64,000 bases of DNA from Heterodontus francisci (taxonomy: Eukaryota): contig NW_027140453.1 of assembly GCF_036365525.1 (NCBI RefSeq), positions 248,001 through 312,000 of the forward strand. Direction: 5' to 3'. The notes under the pieces were generated by a model. That model ran no database searches. It had not been told where the DNA came from and worked only from the letters and a program-made list of their open reading frames with translations. The translations under genes were made by a program, and so were the position numbers. Shown here piece after piece: positions 24,250 to 35,777 of the stretch (position 1 is its first letter; every line of letters begins with the position of its first letter).

Positions 24250-24860
24250 AAAGAGTATTGTCCCTTTTCCCTCAAGGGGGCTGGAATAGAAAGCGCTGGA
24301 TGTTGTGTTACTGTTGTATGCAGCTCGGATTAGACCCCTTCTGGAGAAACCATGTTCAGTTCTGTGCATCAAAACTCAGGAAGGATGTCTCAGCCTTGGA
24401 GGTAATGACACCAGGTCTAAAAGGGTTAAATTAGCTTCACAGTTTGCATGGCCTAATGTTATATTCTCTTAAGTGTAGGAGATTAAAGGGTGATCTCATT
24501 GAAATATTTAGGATGATTAAAGGATTCGATGGTGTTAATGGACAGAAACAATTTCCTCTGCTGGGGGAGTCCAGGGCAAGGTGGGGTGGGGCTGTTCAGG
24601 AGTGATGTCAGGAAACGCTGGTTCACACAGCTGGTAGTGGAAATCTGGAATTTTCTCCCTCAAAAGCTCGACAGATGGGGGTGTGAGGGGGGTTAATCAG
24701 ACATTACAAAGCAGAGCTTGCTAGATTGATGTTAGGTGAGGGTATTAAATGATATGGAACCCAGATGGGCAAATGGAAATAAGTTGTAGATGATCCATGA
24801 TCTCCCTGAATGGCGGAACAAGCTTGAATGGGCCGAATGGCCCATTCCTGCTGCCAGGAT
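24250..24860 (+). mobile_element. Decayed CR1 LINE 3' end
   Basis: Degenerate RP-LE and GDLIE motifs; 3' UTR gggccgaatggccc. Confidence 0.7.
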
Positions 24861-25239
24861 TTCTCATTTTCCTCTGTCAGGATTTGAGTGAGCTGGATTA
24901 TCCAGGGTGGAAGCACTGACCAGAAAAGAATGGAGCAGCACGAGGTTTGGGGAATGCTGGGCAGACCCACCATGCACAGTCACATCCCTTCTGATACCAT
25001 CCCTCAGCAATCATTTAAGAGTGAGTGTTCCCTCCCAGAACAAAAACACTGGATTTCCATGATCAGATGGGAAAGTCATTCCAGCAAAATCAAAACCTTC
25101 TTGAGACGGTCATACTCAGCGTTCATAGATGTGTTGAGCAGACAGAGACTGCAATAAAACTTTAAAGACACAGTTTACAATCAGATTTACAATCACACCG
25201 GGTGGTCAGGGAGTCAAACACGTTAAAAACACGTTAAAC

Positions 25240-25922
25240 ACGGAAAAACACCAAAACATTCAGCAACAACCTCAACAGGAAAAACACCAACAAATTCAAC
25301 AATAACTTCAGGAGAAAAACAACAACATCGAGAAAAAACACCAATAGATTCAACATCAAATTTAGCAGGAGACAAACAGGAAAAAATACAAAAACAACTG
25401 CACCAGAAAAATAACCCACGAACAAGCTCAGCAATAACTTTAACAGGAGAAAAATAAAGTACGAATAAAATCAACAACAACTTCAACAGGAGAAAAACAC
25501 CAACAAAGTCAACAACAACTTTAGCAGGAGAAAAACACCAACAAATTCAACAACAACCTCAAGAGGAAAAGCACCAACAAATTCAACAACAAGAAAAACA
25601 CCAACAAATTCAACAATAACTTCAGCAGGAGAAAACAACAACAAATTCAAAACAACAACCTCAACAGGGAAAACACCATCAAATTCAACAACAACTTCAA
25701 CAGGAAAAACATCAACAAATTCAACAACAACTTCAGCAGGAGAAAAACACCAACAATTTCAATAACAACCTCAACAGGAAAAACACCAAAAAATTCAACA
25801 ACAACCTCAACAGGAAAAAAAGCAACAAATGCAACAACAACTTCAACAGGAAAAACACCAACAAAGTCAACAACAACTTCAGCTGGAGAAAAAAACAACA
25901 AATTCAACAACAACCTCAGCAG
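25240..25922 (+). repeat. CAA-rich minisatellite (plus orientation)
   Basis: cagcaggagaaaaacaccaacaaattcaacaacaac units. Confidence 0.9.
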
Positions 25923-26059
25923 GCTCTGCACGTTGTCTGTTCGTGGGATCTTGCCTTGTAGAAACTGGCTGCCACACTTCCTGCATTACAGCAGTGGCTG
26001 TACTTCGAAACAGTCGCAAAGAATATGGGAATAGCAAAACATATGAGATTAGCAAAACT

Positions 26060-26940
26060 GTGAGATCTTGGGCTTCATAAATAGCGGCAGAGCCTACAAA
26101 ATATGGGAAGTTATGCTGAATCTTTATAAAGCTCTAGTTAGGCCACAACTGGACAATTGCATCCAGTTCTGGTCACCACACTTTAGGAAGGAGGTGAGTT
26201 TCCTTGAGAGGGTGCAGAGGAGATTTACCAGAATGGTTCCAGGGATGGGGGATTTTAGTTACAAGGTTAGGTTGGAAAACCTGGAGAAAATGAGATTGAG
26301 TGGAGACCTGATAGAGGTGTGCAAGATTGTGACAGGTTTAGATGAGGATCACAAAGAAAAGCTGCTCCTCACCCAGGAGTCAGTTCCCCAGCTCCACTGA
26401 CTAGTCCCACAGTGTTGGTGTTCCTGCTCCTCGCTCCAGCTGCAGGGAATTTACAGCACAGAAACAGACCATTCGGCCAGACACGTCCATGTAGGCCTTT
26501 TTGGTCCACACGAACATCGTTCCACGCCCTCTTCATCTCGCCCCCAGCCGCATCTCCTTCTGTTCCTCTCTCCCTCATGTCCGATGCAGCTTCCCCATCC
26601 CCCCAAGCTTAAATACATCTTGCCTATTCCTCTCAGCCTGTGGTAATGAGTTCCACATTCTCCCCACTCTCTGGGTGAAGATGTTTCTCCCGAATTCCAA
26701 ATTGGATTTATTGGTGACTGTCTTATATTGATGACCCCTCCCCCTTTTTCTGGTCTCACCTGCAAATGGAAAAAATCTTCTCCACAATAATGTGATCAAA
26801 ACCCGTTTCATAATCTTAAAGAGCTCTATCAGGTCACTCCTCAGCCTTCTCTTTTCTGGAGAAAAGAGCCCCAGTCTATTCAGTCTTTTCCTGATCATTA
26901 TAACCTCTCAGTTCTGATATCATCCTTGAACATCTTTCTG
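26060..26940. mobile_element. Two CR1 fragments (26060-26370 plus; 26450-26940 minus)
   Basis: LYKALVRPQL...QFWSP on plus; LFSPEKRRLRSDLIE...FTQRV on minus. Confidence 0.8.
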
Positions 26941-27037
26941 TGTCTTCTTCATGTCGAAGACATGTTCACACTGCAGTAGATAAACCCAACAGGATACAGA
27001 GCTGCAGGCTTTTATCTGAAACAGGTGTTTCTGTTGG

Positions 27038-27076
27038 TGTTTTTGTTGAACTGCTCCATCTCTCTGAGTCACTGTG
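27038..27076 (-). other. 23-RSS of V1
   Basis: CACAGTG (27076-27070), 23-nt spacer, ACAAAAACA (27046-27038). Confidence 0.95.
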
Positions 27077-27569
27077 CAGACTCCAGGCACAGAAATACAG
27101 CGCCGAGCGATTCTCCTGCAGGCTGGAGGACTCCAGGTTGAACTGGGAACCAGTCGGTCGTTTGGCAGTGAAACCCTCCACCGTCCCTTCTGAGTTCACA
27201 CTTGGTGTAACTGCGGAGTAAAACATCAGCCGCAGCTCCTTCCCCAGGTCCTGTCTGTACCAGAACATGTAACCGCTACTCTGGCCCTCCACACGGCACT
27301 CCAGTCCCACTCCCTCCCCAGGAAATCTGGAGACGGCGGTGGGAGTCTGGCGGACCCTCGCTGAGATCGCGCCTGAAGGAAGAGACCGGGAGAGAAGAAG
27401 GTCAGTGAACAGGGACAATCTGGGATGTGAAGAATGAAGGAAGGAGAGAAAGATAGAGAGAAAGAAAATAAGAAAGAGAGCTGTTAACACAAACAATGGG
27501 GGTGTGGGGTGGAGGTGAGAAAGATCCCTTACTTTGAAATAAGACCATGAGACTCAGTAACAGATACAT
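27077..27569 (-). CDS. TRBV: V1: TCR beta V segment, TRBV30-like (CAWS), inverted; leader 27569-27533, V exon 27372-27077
   Basis: MYLLLSLMVLFQ/SAISARVRQTP...LECRVEG...WYRQ...LMFYS...YFCAWSL; GT-AG phase-1 intron; intact RSS. Confidence 0.9.
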
Positions 27570-27719
27570 CTTCCACTGGAAGCTTATCCTGCAATTGGGA
27601 AATCAGTGGAAAGAAGAGAGTTGAGTCTTGTGAGAAGCCACATGAAGACTCAAGCAAGTGATTCAGGTTTGTCCAACACCTTCCTACCTTCCTACCACGC
27701 CCCGCTCTCTACCATTGGC

Positions 27720-28060
27720 TGCCAGTAGTTGCTGTTGCATTTGTTGGTATAGATCTGCTGCTGAAGTTGTTGTTGTATTTGTTGTTGTATTTGCTGGTGC
27801 TTTTCTCCGACTGAGGTTGTTGAATTTGTTAGTGCTTGAATCTTCTGCTGATCTGTTGTTGAATTTGTTGGTGTTTGAATCTCCTGCTGATATGTTGTTG
27901 AATTTGTTGGCGTTGTTTTCCTTTTGAGGTCGTTGTTGTGTTTGTTGGTGTTTTCCCTGCTGAGGTTTTTGTTGTACTTGTTTCCTTCCCTGCTTCAGTT
28001 GTTGTTCAATTTGGTTTTTCATGTTGTTGTATTTTTTGGAGTTTTTTCCCCCCTGCTGAG
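27720..28060 (-). repeat. CAA-rich minisatellite upstream of V1
   Basis: Same family as 25240-25922 but in the opposite orientation. Confidence 0.85.
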
Positions 28061-29417
28061 GTTATTTTCTCTTTTTTAATTCATTCATGAGATTTTGGTT
28101 GTGGTCAGCATTTATTGTCCATCCCTAATCGTCTAATTGAGAAGGTGGTGCTGAGCTGCCTTCTTGAACCACTGCAGTCATGTAGGGTCGGTAAACCCAC
28201 AGTGCTGTTAGGAAGGGAGTTTCAGGATTTTGACCCAGTGACAGTGAAGAATTTTCACAATGACTGGAGTTCAGTGCGGTGAAGAACTTAACCCTATAAC
28301 TCCCGTTTAGCAGAAGGGGGTGAAATAAAACTGTCTTGGCCCCGAAACAAGGCAGCAGGCTGACGGGTCTTATTGGGTCATCGTATCATGCAGGTCAAAT
28401 CCAGGCCATTCAGCCCATCGATCCTGGCCTGGCAGCTCGAAAGAGCGACTTCCTCCCATCTTTCTTCATCTTACCCTATCAACAGATTCTTCTATTCCTT
28501 TCTCACTCATGTATTTATTCAGCTCCCCTTTAACTGCATCGTCTCTATTCGACCTCAACCCATTCCATTTGGTCTGTAATTCCACATTCTCTCCGCTCCC
28601 TGGGTTAAAGAACCTCCTCCTGAATTCCCAATTGGATTTATTAAGGACTACCTTACATTTATGATCCCTTATTTTCATCTTCCCTGTCCAATTGCTCCCA
28701 CTCCCTGTTCTTTCTGAATAACCCTGCACTTGATCTTGCAGCTTGTCTGCCTCCTTCCTACCATTACAACAGTGACTGCACGTCAAAATGTATTTGACTG
28801 GTTGAGGCTTGAGTGAAGCAGAGAACTGTCGGGCCGAATGGCGCGGATCTTTGCATTAACTTCCATCTAGTTCTGTGCCACAAGCGCCAACACGAGTCGA
28901 GTAGGAGAATATAACTAATGACTGAAACAGGTTCAGTATCTGACAATGAAACGCCTGCAGAATCAGTGCTTGCAGTTGCACCTGGAGCCACTAGGTGCCA
29001 GTGTTACTCCACTGTAGCCGCTGCCCAGAACATGCTCAGACAGAGTGAGCTTTACCCACAGCAGCTCCACAGGTCAACTTGGCTGCTTCTGAAATGTTTC
29101 ACTTCTCAACTATTTCACAGACACACAAAAAAAAAAACGCAGTTGGACTTCATCATGTTTGGTCTTTAATAGTGACCAGAGCACCCCGGATTCGCCTGAG
29201 GCCTCCTTAGCTCAGCCCATGAAATGACCTGTCAACATGTCAACATGTGGGAGCCAATGAACCATCAGGAATTTGCACCCCCTCCCTCCCCCCAATGGGA
29301 ACATGAAACAGTGGGGAGGAGGAGACAGTAAATGTCACTCAGAACATTGAGATTTTCTGCAATAAACCAGCTCAGTGATTTCACACAATGAACACATGGA
29401 TCTGTCTCCCTCCAGAG

Positions 29418-30311
29418 ATGACTGTGTCTCACCTCTGCGTTGTGTTGCTGGTGTTAAGGGGTAAGGTGGACCTCGACTGGGAGATGTCAGTCATCTTCAC
29501 TGCTCTTTCCCTGTGTGACCCCATTGGGAGTTTACCCCCTTACAAGGCACCGTCACTGTGATTATTAATTTAGCTGCTCTCTTTCTCTTTTTGTATCCCT
29601 TTCTCTATCTCTCTTTCTCTCTGTCTAACAATAAATGTTCCTCTATGTCTGTCCCTCCCAGTCTCCCTGTCTCTCTGTCTCTCTTACTCTCTCTCCCTGT
29701 CCTCTTAGCTCCTTCATGTCTGTTGCCGATGTCTAGAATGTTGCTGTTTTTCTCTCTCTGTCTGTGCTTCCCTCTCTCTCTCTCTCTCTGTCTCTGCTTC
29801 TCTCCTTTTCTCTCACTCTTTTTCACTCTATGTCTCTCTCTCTCTTTGCAGCTCCCCGTCTCCCACCTCTCCCTTCTTACGAAGAAACACGGGACATTTA
29901 GGGCACACAGCAGGTCATTCAGCCCATCGTGCCTCTCCCCTCTTCGTGGCCGATGTCAATTTAAACATTGTCCCTGGGTTTATCTCTCTCTCTCTCTCTC
30001 TCTGTTTTACAGATGTGGGGGCCGTGTTGATGCAACAGATTCCCGCTTCCATATCCTATTCCCCAGGCTCTCCAGTCAGTATCCAGTGTATTTACACAAA
30101 GGCAGATGCTGGCTCCGATATCCACTGGTACCCGTGGCATCCGGACCGTGAGCCCGAGAACCTTTTCTATTCCACCTCTGCCGGAACAGTCATTCCCTCC
30201 AGAGAGGTTGGCGGTTTCACCGCCAGGAGACCCAGCAACACCCATTTTTCCCTGGAGTCCACCAGCCTGTGGGTGAATCAATCAGCCGTGTATTACTGTG
30301 CCTGGAGTCTG
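29418..30311 (+). CDS. TRBV: V2: TCR beta V segment, divergent CAWS type; leader 29418-29460, V exon 30013-30311
   Basis: MTVSHLCVVLLVLR/DVGAVLMQQIP...IQCIY...HWYPW...LFYS...YYCAWSL; GTAAGG donor and tttacAG acceptor. An in-frame upstream ATG exists at 29388. Confidence 0.85.
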
Positions 30312-30350
30312 CACAGTGACTCAGAAAGGTGCCAGATTTCAGCAAAAACT
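30312..30350 (+). other. 23-RSS of V2
   Basis: CACAGTG, 23-nt spacer, GCAAAAACT. Confidence 0.9.
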
Positions 30351-31493
30351 CTAAAGGGGGAGGAAAGCACTTGTGGGAGATGAACCCGTCTGTCTATCTC
30401 AGTGTCTTTCTGTCTCTCTGACTATCTGCAGGTTTCTGTGTCNNNNNNNNNNNNNNNNNNNNNNNNNNNNNNNNNNNNNNNNNNNNNNNNNNNNNNNNNN
30501 NNNNNNNNNNNNNNNNNNNNNNNNNNNNNNNNNNNNNNNNNNNNNNNNNNNNNNNNNNNNNNNNNNNNNNNNNNNNNNNNNNNNNNNNNNNNNNNNNNNN
30601 NNNNNNNNNNNNNNNNNNNNNNNNNNNNNNNNNNNNNNNNNNNNNNNNNNNNNNNNNNNNNGGTTATTTGCACTATTTATCTATCTATTTACCTTGATTA
30701 TATATATATTTGTCATCGATTTATCTCTCCGTCTCTCACCTCTCTAAATATGCATCCACCATACATCTGACGTTTATCATCTATCTAACACCATTATTTA
30801 CACCATACCAGTTTAATTATTGATGCATCATGATTTGTATTTTACTGATAGTTTCACCTTCTTGCTCTCCTTCGACTCAGAGTACATCAATACATTATGA
30901 ATTATTAAAAATGCTGCAGCAATGTGCTCAGATCCTTCTCGTTCAGGCAGCCTCTACCTGTAAAGAACAGATTCCGAGGTGGGGTAAATGGGTTTATGGT
31001 CCTGTTGAATGAGCTGTCGGTGGTATGTGACAAGAGTTACACATAGCTCCCTATTGTACATGTCCACGATGATTCATACAATGCAAAAGTGAGACACCTC
31101 CCCAGAGAGGTCTCTCACTGGAAGACCTGCCTCCTGACGGCGGTTTGAGCATCTGTTCAAAACAGTTAACCCACTTCTTCATGACACTGTCGCTTTTCAA
31201 AGTATCTAAGATTTCACCCCAATGTAAAACATAACCCTTGAATTGTCGTTTAGCACAGGGAAAAGAGCTACCCAATGCAACACCAATCAGACACAAGCAA
31301 CGAGAGCCAGATACAGACGGGAAGCATTTCCTTATTCAAGCTCCTTCCGACCAGTGGGTGTTATTATTCTGTCATACCCAGAAGTGAGGGGTCAGAAGGA
31401 AACCCTGCTTCCAGTGCTGTCATTTCCACTCTCTGCTTTATCTTCAGCCGCCTGATATTGGTTCATGAACAGATTCAGCCCTCAGTCTGCAGG

Positions 31494-32309
31494 ATGCAGT
31501 TAGTCAAACTCTTCCTAATCGTCTGTTCTCTTCTTCCATGTAGGTATTCATCGTTCATAAAGATACCTGTGCTAAAATACATGCTGTGTTTTCATTCACT
31601 ACTAACTTCTATCAAACTAGATTGATAAAACATCATTGCAGTCGATTTTCTGTCATTTCTTAAACTACTTACTTTACTTTCACTGTCAATAATATTTACT
31701 TAATGAAATTTATGACTGAATAAAAATTACTTATATATTCGTGACGCTACTATACCTATCTTTAACCGATAAGTTTTCCCTAATTCTGGATTAATTTGTC
31801 TGTCTCATATCACTTGCTACATTATTTTACAATCTCTATATCTATCTGTGTATTATCTATATATCTACAAATATATCATTTAACGATATATTGTCTGCCT
31901 ATATAGTTATCTAGTATTATCTACTTATCTATTTGGATAGTTATAGTTGGTTATCATATGTCACAATATGTTCTAAACTTTTTAAACTATTCTCCTTATT
32001 TCTCAAGGCAAAACTCTAGCAGAGGTGATACACCAGTGGCCAACTCTGGTGGTGGGGAAGAGAGGTGAACCAGCAGAATTAAACTGTTACCAGAATGACA
32101 GTAGTAAGAGCGTTATGCTGTGGTATCGGCAGTATGCCGGGCAGGGGCTCACCCTAATGGGTCATTTTATTAATGGAATCCCAGTCACATACGAAGGAAA
32201 ATTTGAGGAGGAGGTGAAGATTTTAAGGCCCAAGGAGAGACGATGCAGCCTGAGGGTCCTCAAGGTTAAGGCTGCGGATGCGGCAGTGTATTACTGTGCA
32301 GCCAGTGAG
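31494..32309 (+). CDS. TRBV: V3: TCR beta V segment; leader 31494-31539, V exon 32008-32309
   Basis: MQLVKLFLIVCSLLP/CKTLAEVIHQWP...LNCYQ...WYRQ...YEGKF...DAAVYYCAASE. Confidence 0.9.
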
Positions 32310-32348
32310 CACAGCGCTGCAGACTGCCTTAGTGCCAGTGCAAAAACC
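32310..32348 (+). other. 23-RSS of V3
   Basis: CACAGCG, 23-nt spacer, GCAAAAACC. Confidence 0.92.
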
Positions 32349-32697
32349 AACAGGGTGAACAACACAACTGACTGACAGACAGGAGCAGTGACAATGGTTC
32401 CCTGCCACACCAGCCATTTTCCAAGCTGGTGATTCCCGGATTCCTGAACCTTCATCAAGGGCTGAATGACAGGGAATAGCAGAAGGTACGAGGAAGAGAG
32501 AGAAGGAAAGAAAGAGATGTGCCTCAGATCCCCTGCAAAATTTCAAAGTCCTCGTCTACACTGTTTAATTTCTGGCACTGTGTATGTTAAAACTAAATCA
32601 CTGTCGCTGTCTCAGACTTGATTAAATAATAGGTTAATTAATGATCTAAATAAGACAGAAAGTTAACATCACCATTGTGAAGTGATCGATAGAGTAT

Positions 32698-33225
32698 CAA
32701 TCATCTACAAGGTACAAGTCAGGAGTGTGATGGAATACTCTCCACTTGCCTGGATGGGTGCAGCTCCAACTGCACTCAGGAAGCTCAACACCATCCAGGA
32801 AAAAGCAGCCCTCTTGATCAGCAACCCATCTACTACCTTCAACACTCACTCCCTTTATCACATGGCAGAAGTGTGTACCATCGACAAGATGCACTGCAGC
32901 AAAGCATCGAGTGTCCTTAGACAGCACCTTCCAAACCAACCAACTGTACCAACTAGAAGGACAAGGGCAGCAAATACATGGGGGCACCACCACCTGCAAG
33001 TTCCCCTCCAAGTCACACACCATCCTGACTTGGAACTATATCACCGTTTCTTCACTGACACTGGGTCAAAATCCGGGAACTCCCTTCCCAACAGCACTGT
33101 GGGTGTACCTACCCCCCATGGCTCAAGAAGGCAGCTCACCACCACCTTCTCAAGGGTAATCAGTGTTGTGAAATAATTGCTGGCCTTGTGAAAGAAACTC
33201 ACGTCCCATGAAGGAATAAGAAAAA
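32698..33225 (+). mobile_element. LINE 3' end of a second family (related tails at 28070-28250 minus and 33335-33420 minus)
   Basis: IYKVQVRSVMEYSPLAW ORF2 C-terminal motif and an A-rich tail. Confidence 0.75.
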
Positions 33226-33524
33226 AAGTTATATCAGGTCTTTCACGACTTCAAGACGCCCCAAGACAGTTAACAGCCAATTAAGAACTGGAAAATGATA
33301 GTCAGATCCTCTGCTACTTCTTCTCTTGCTTTGATTTTTTTTTATTCATTCTGGGGACCTGGGTCCCTCTGAGAAGGCCAGTAGTTATTCAACATCGCTA
33401 ATTGCCCTGGAGAAGGTGTGTGCTGCCTTGTAGATAACTGAAGAGTTTGCTAGGTCATTTCAGAGAGCAGTGTACTTAAAACACGGAAGCCAATTGGTGT
33501 ACAGCACCATGCAATAGGCAGCAG

Positions 33525-33564
33525 AGACAGGCAGATAGATAGCTAGGAAGGCAGACAGGCAGAC

Positions 33565-33614
<50 letters not shown>

Positions 33615-33922
33615 CAGACAGATAGATAGACAGACAGACAGTCAGACAGATAGATAGAAAGACAGATGGGTAGACAGATTGATAGATAGACAGACAGATA
33701 GGCAGACAGATAGATAGACAAATAGTCAAATAGATTGTTAGATAGACAGACAGATATGCAGATAGGTAGATATGAAGACAGACAGACGGATTCATACAGA
33801 TAGAGAGACAAATTGACACAGATAGACAGACAGACACACAGCCATGCAGATATATAGATAGAGAGAAAGATAGACAGATAGCTACAGAGATAGATAGATA
33901 GCTGTATAGATAAATAGACAGA
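33525..33922 (+). repeat. (GATA/GACA)n microsatellite
   Basis: Directly visible. Confidence 0.95.
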
Positions 33923-34067
33923 GATCTTTTTCTCCCTTTCTCCATCTATCTCTATCACTGCCTCTCTTTTACTCTAACTGTTTTTCACCATATCATCCTC
34001 TCTGACTCTGTCTCGCACTATGTCTCTCTCTCATTCCTTGGCACTTTCACATACACTCTATCACTCC

Positions 34068-35670
34068 AATAGAATCGTAGAAAGTTTAAGGCACAGCAAG
34101 AGGCCAATTGGCCCATCGTGTCTGTGGCGGCTGAAAAACAATCCACCTATTCAAATCACACCTTCCAGCATTTGGTCCATAGCCCTGCAGATTACGGCAC
34201 TTGAGGTGCATATCCAGACTCCTTTGAATGAGTTGAGAGTGTCTGCCTCAACTACCCTTTCAGGCAGCGAGTACCTGACCCCCACCACTTCTAAGGTTTT
34301 CCTTTTCTCCCCTCCAATTCTTCTAACAATCACATAAAATCTCTTCCCCCTCGTCACTGATCTCTCTGCCAAGATGAATAGACCTTTCACCTCCACTCTA
34401 TCCAGGCCCCTTCAATATTTTTTACATTTCTAACAGACCTCCCCTCAGCTTTCTCTGTTCCAAGGAGAACAACCCCAGCCTATCCAATCTTTCCGCACAG
34501 CTGCATTTTCCAGTTCTGGCAACATCCTCGTAAATCCCCTCTGTACCCTCTCCAGTGCAATTACATTCTTTCTGCATTGAGGTGACCAGTACTGCACACA
34601 GTACTCAAGTTGTGGCCTAACCAATGATGTATACAGTTCCAGCATAACCTCCCTGTTCGTGTATTCCATACCTCAGCTAATAAAGGAACGGATTCCATAT
34701 GCCTTCTTAACCAACTTATCGACCTGTCCTGCTACCTTCAGTAATCTGGAGACATTCACTCCAAGTTCCCTCACTTCCTCTACACTTCTCAGTATTTTCC
34801 CATTAATCGTATGTTCCTTTGCCTTGTTTGACCTCCCCAAATGCATCACCTCACACCTCTCCAAGTTGGATTCCATTTGCCACTCTTCTGCCCATCTGAC
34901 AAGACCATCAATATCTTCCTGCAGCCTACAGCTATCCACCTCGCGATCTACCACACGGCTAATCCTTGTGTTGTCTGCATACATCTTGAAAATGCCCCCC
35001 TACATTTACATCCAAATCGTTAATACATACCACAAAAAGCAGGGAATCCAGTGCTGAGCCCTGTGGAACGCCACTGGGAACAGCCCTCCAGTCGCTAAAA
35101 CACCCATCAACAATTACCCTTTGTTTCCTGCCACTAAGCCAATTTTGTATCCACCTTGCTGCATTTCCCTTGATCCCATGGGATTTTGTTTTTTTTGAAC
35201 CAGTCTGCCATGTGCAGCCTTTTCAAAAGCCTTGCTAAAATCCATGTAGACCACGTCAACTGCACTACCCTCATCTATCTTCCTTGTTACTTCTTCAAAA
35301 AATTAGATCAAGTTGATAAAACAAGATCGTCCCTTAACAAATCTATGCTGTCTATCCTTGATTAACCCATGCCTTTCTAAGTGACAGTTTTTCCTGTCTC
35401 CCAGAATAGATTGCAATAATTTTCTCACTACTGAGGTCAGACTGACTGGCCTGTAATTAGTCAGTCTATCCTTCTCTCCCTTTTTAAACGGAGGCACAAC
35501 ATTAACAATTCTCCAATCCTCCGGCACCACACCTGTGAGGACTGCAAAAAGATGGTCAGACCCTCTGCTATTTCTTCTCTTGCTTCTTTTTGCAGCTTCG
35601 GATTCATTTCATCCGGCCCTGGTGATTTATCAACTTTCAAGGATGCTAATCCAAATAATGTTTCCTCCCT
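34068..35670 (-). mobile_element. Decayed CR1 LINE (RT to 3' end)
   Basis: PEDWRIVNV, NYRPVSLTS, YADNT and LVRPQLEYCVQ motifs. Confidence 0.88.
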
Positions 35671-35730
35671 CAGCTTCGCTCCCTTAAACCCAGAGCAACC
35701 AGCAGAAAGTGTCTTAATTCCGCCGCAAAC

Positions 35731-35777
35731 ATGCCATTCAATTTCATCGACGTTTGCTATTTTCCTTCTGTCGCTGA
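35731..35777 (+). pseudogene. Orphan, frameshifted duplicate of the V4 leader exon
   Basis: 35680-36065 is paralogous to 36770-37170. The leader has a 1-nt insertion (47 nt vs 46 nt) and no V exon follows. Confidence 0.75.

Noticed and set aside
25647-25931. Hydrophobic or N/Q/T-rich ORFs in CAA arrays (also 23623-24063, 27684-28022)
   Set aside because: Translations of a minisatellite.
30294-30300. Cryptic TACTGTG heptamer for V replacement (also in V3)
   Set aside because: Expected by-product of Tyr-Cys codons; absent from most V genes here.
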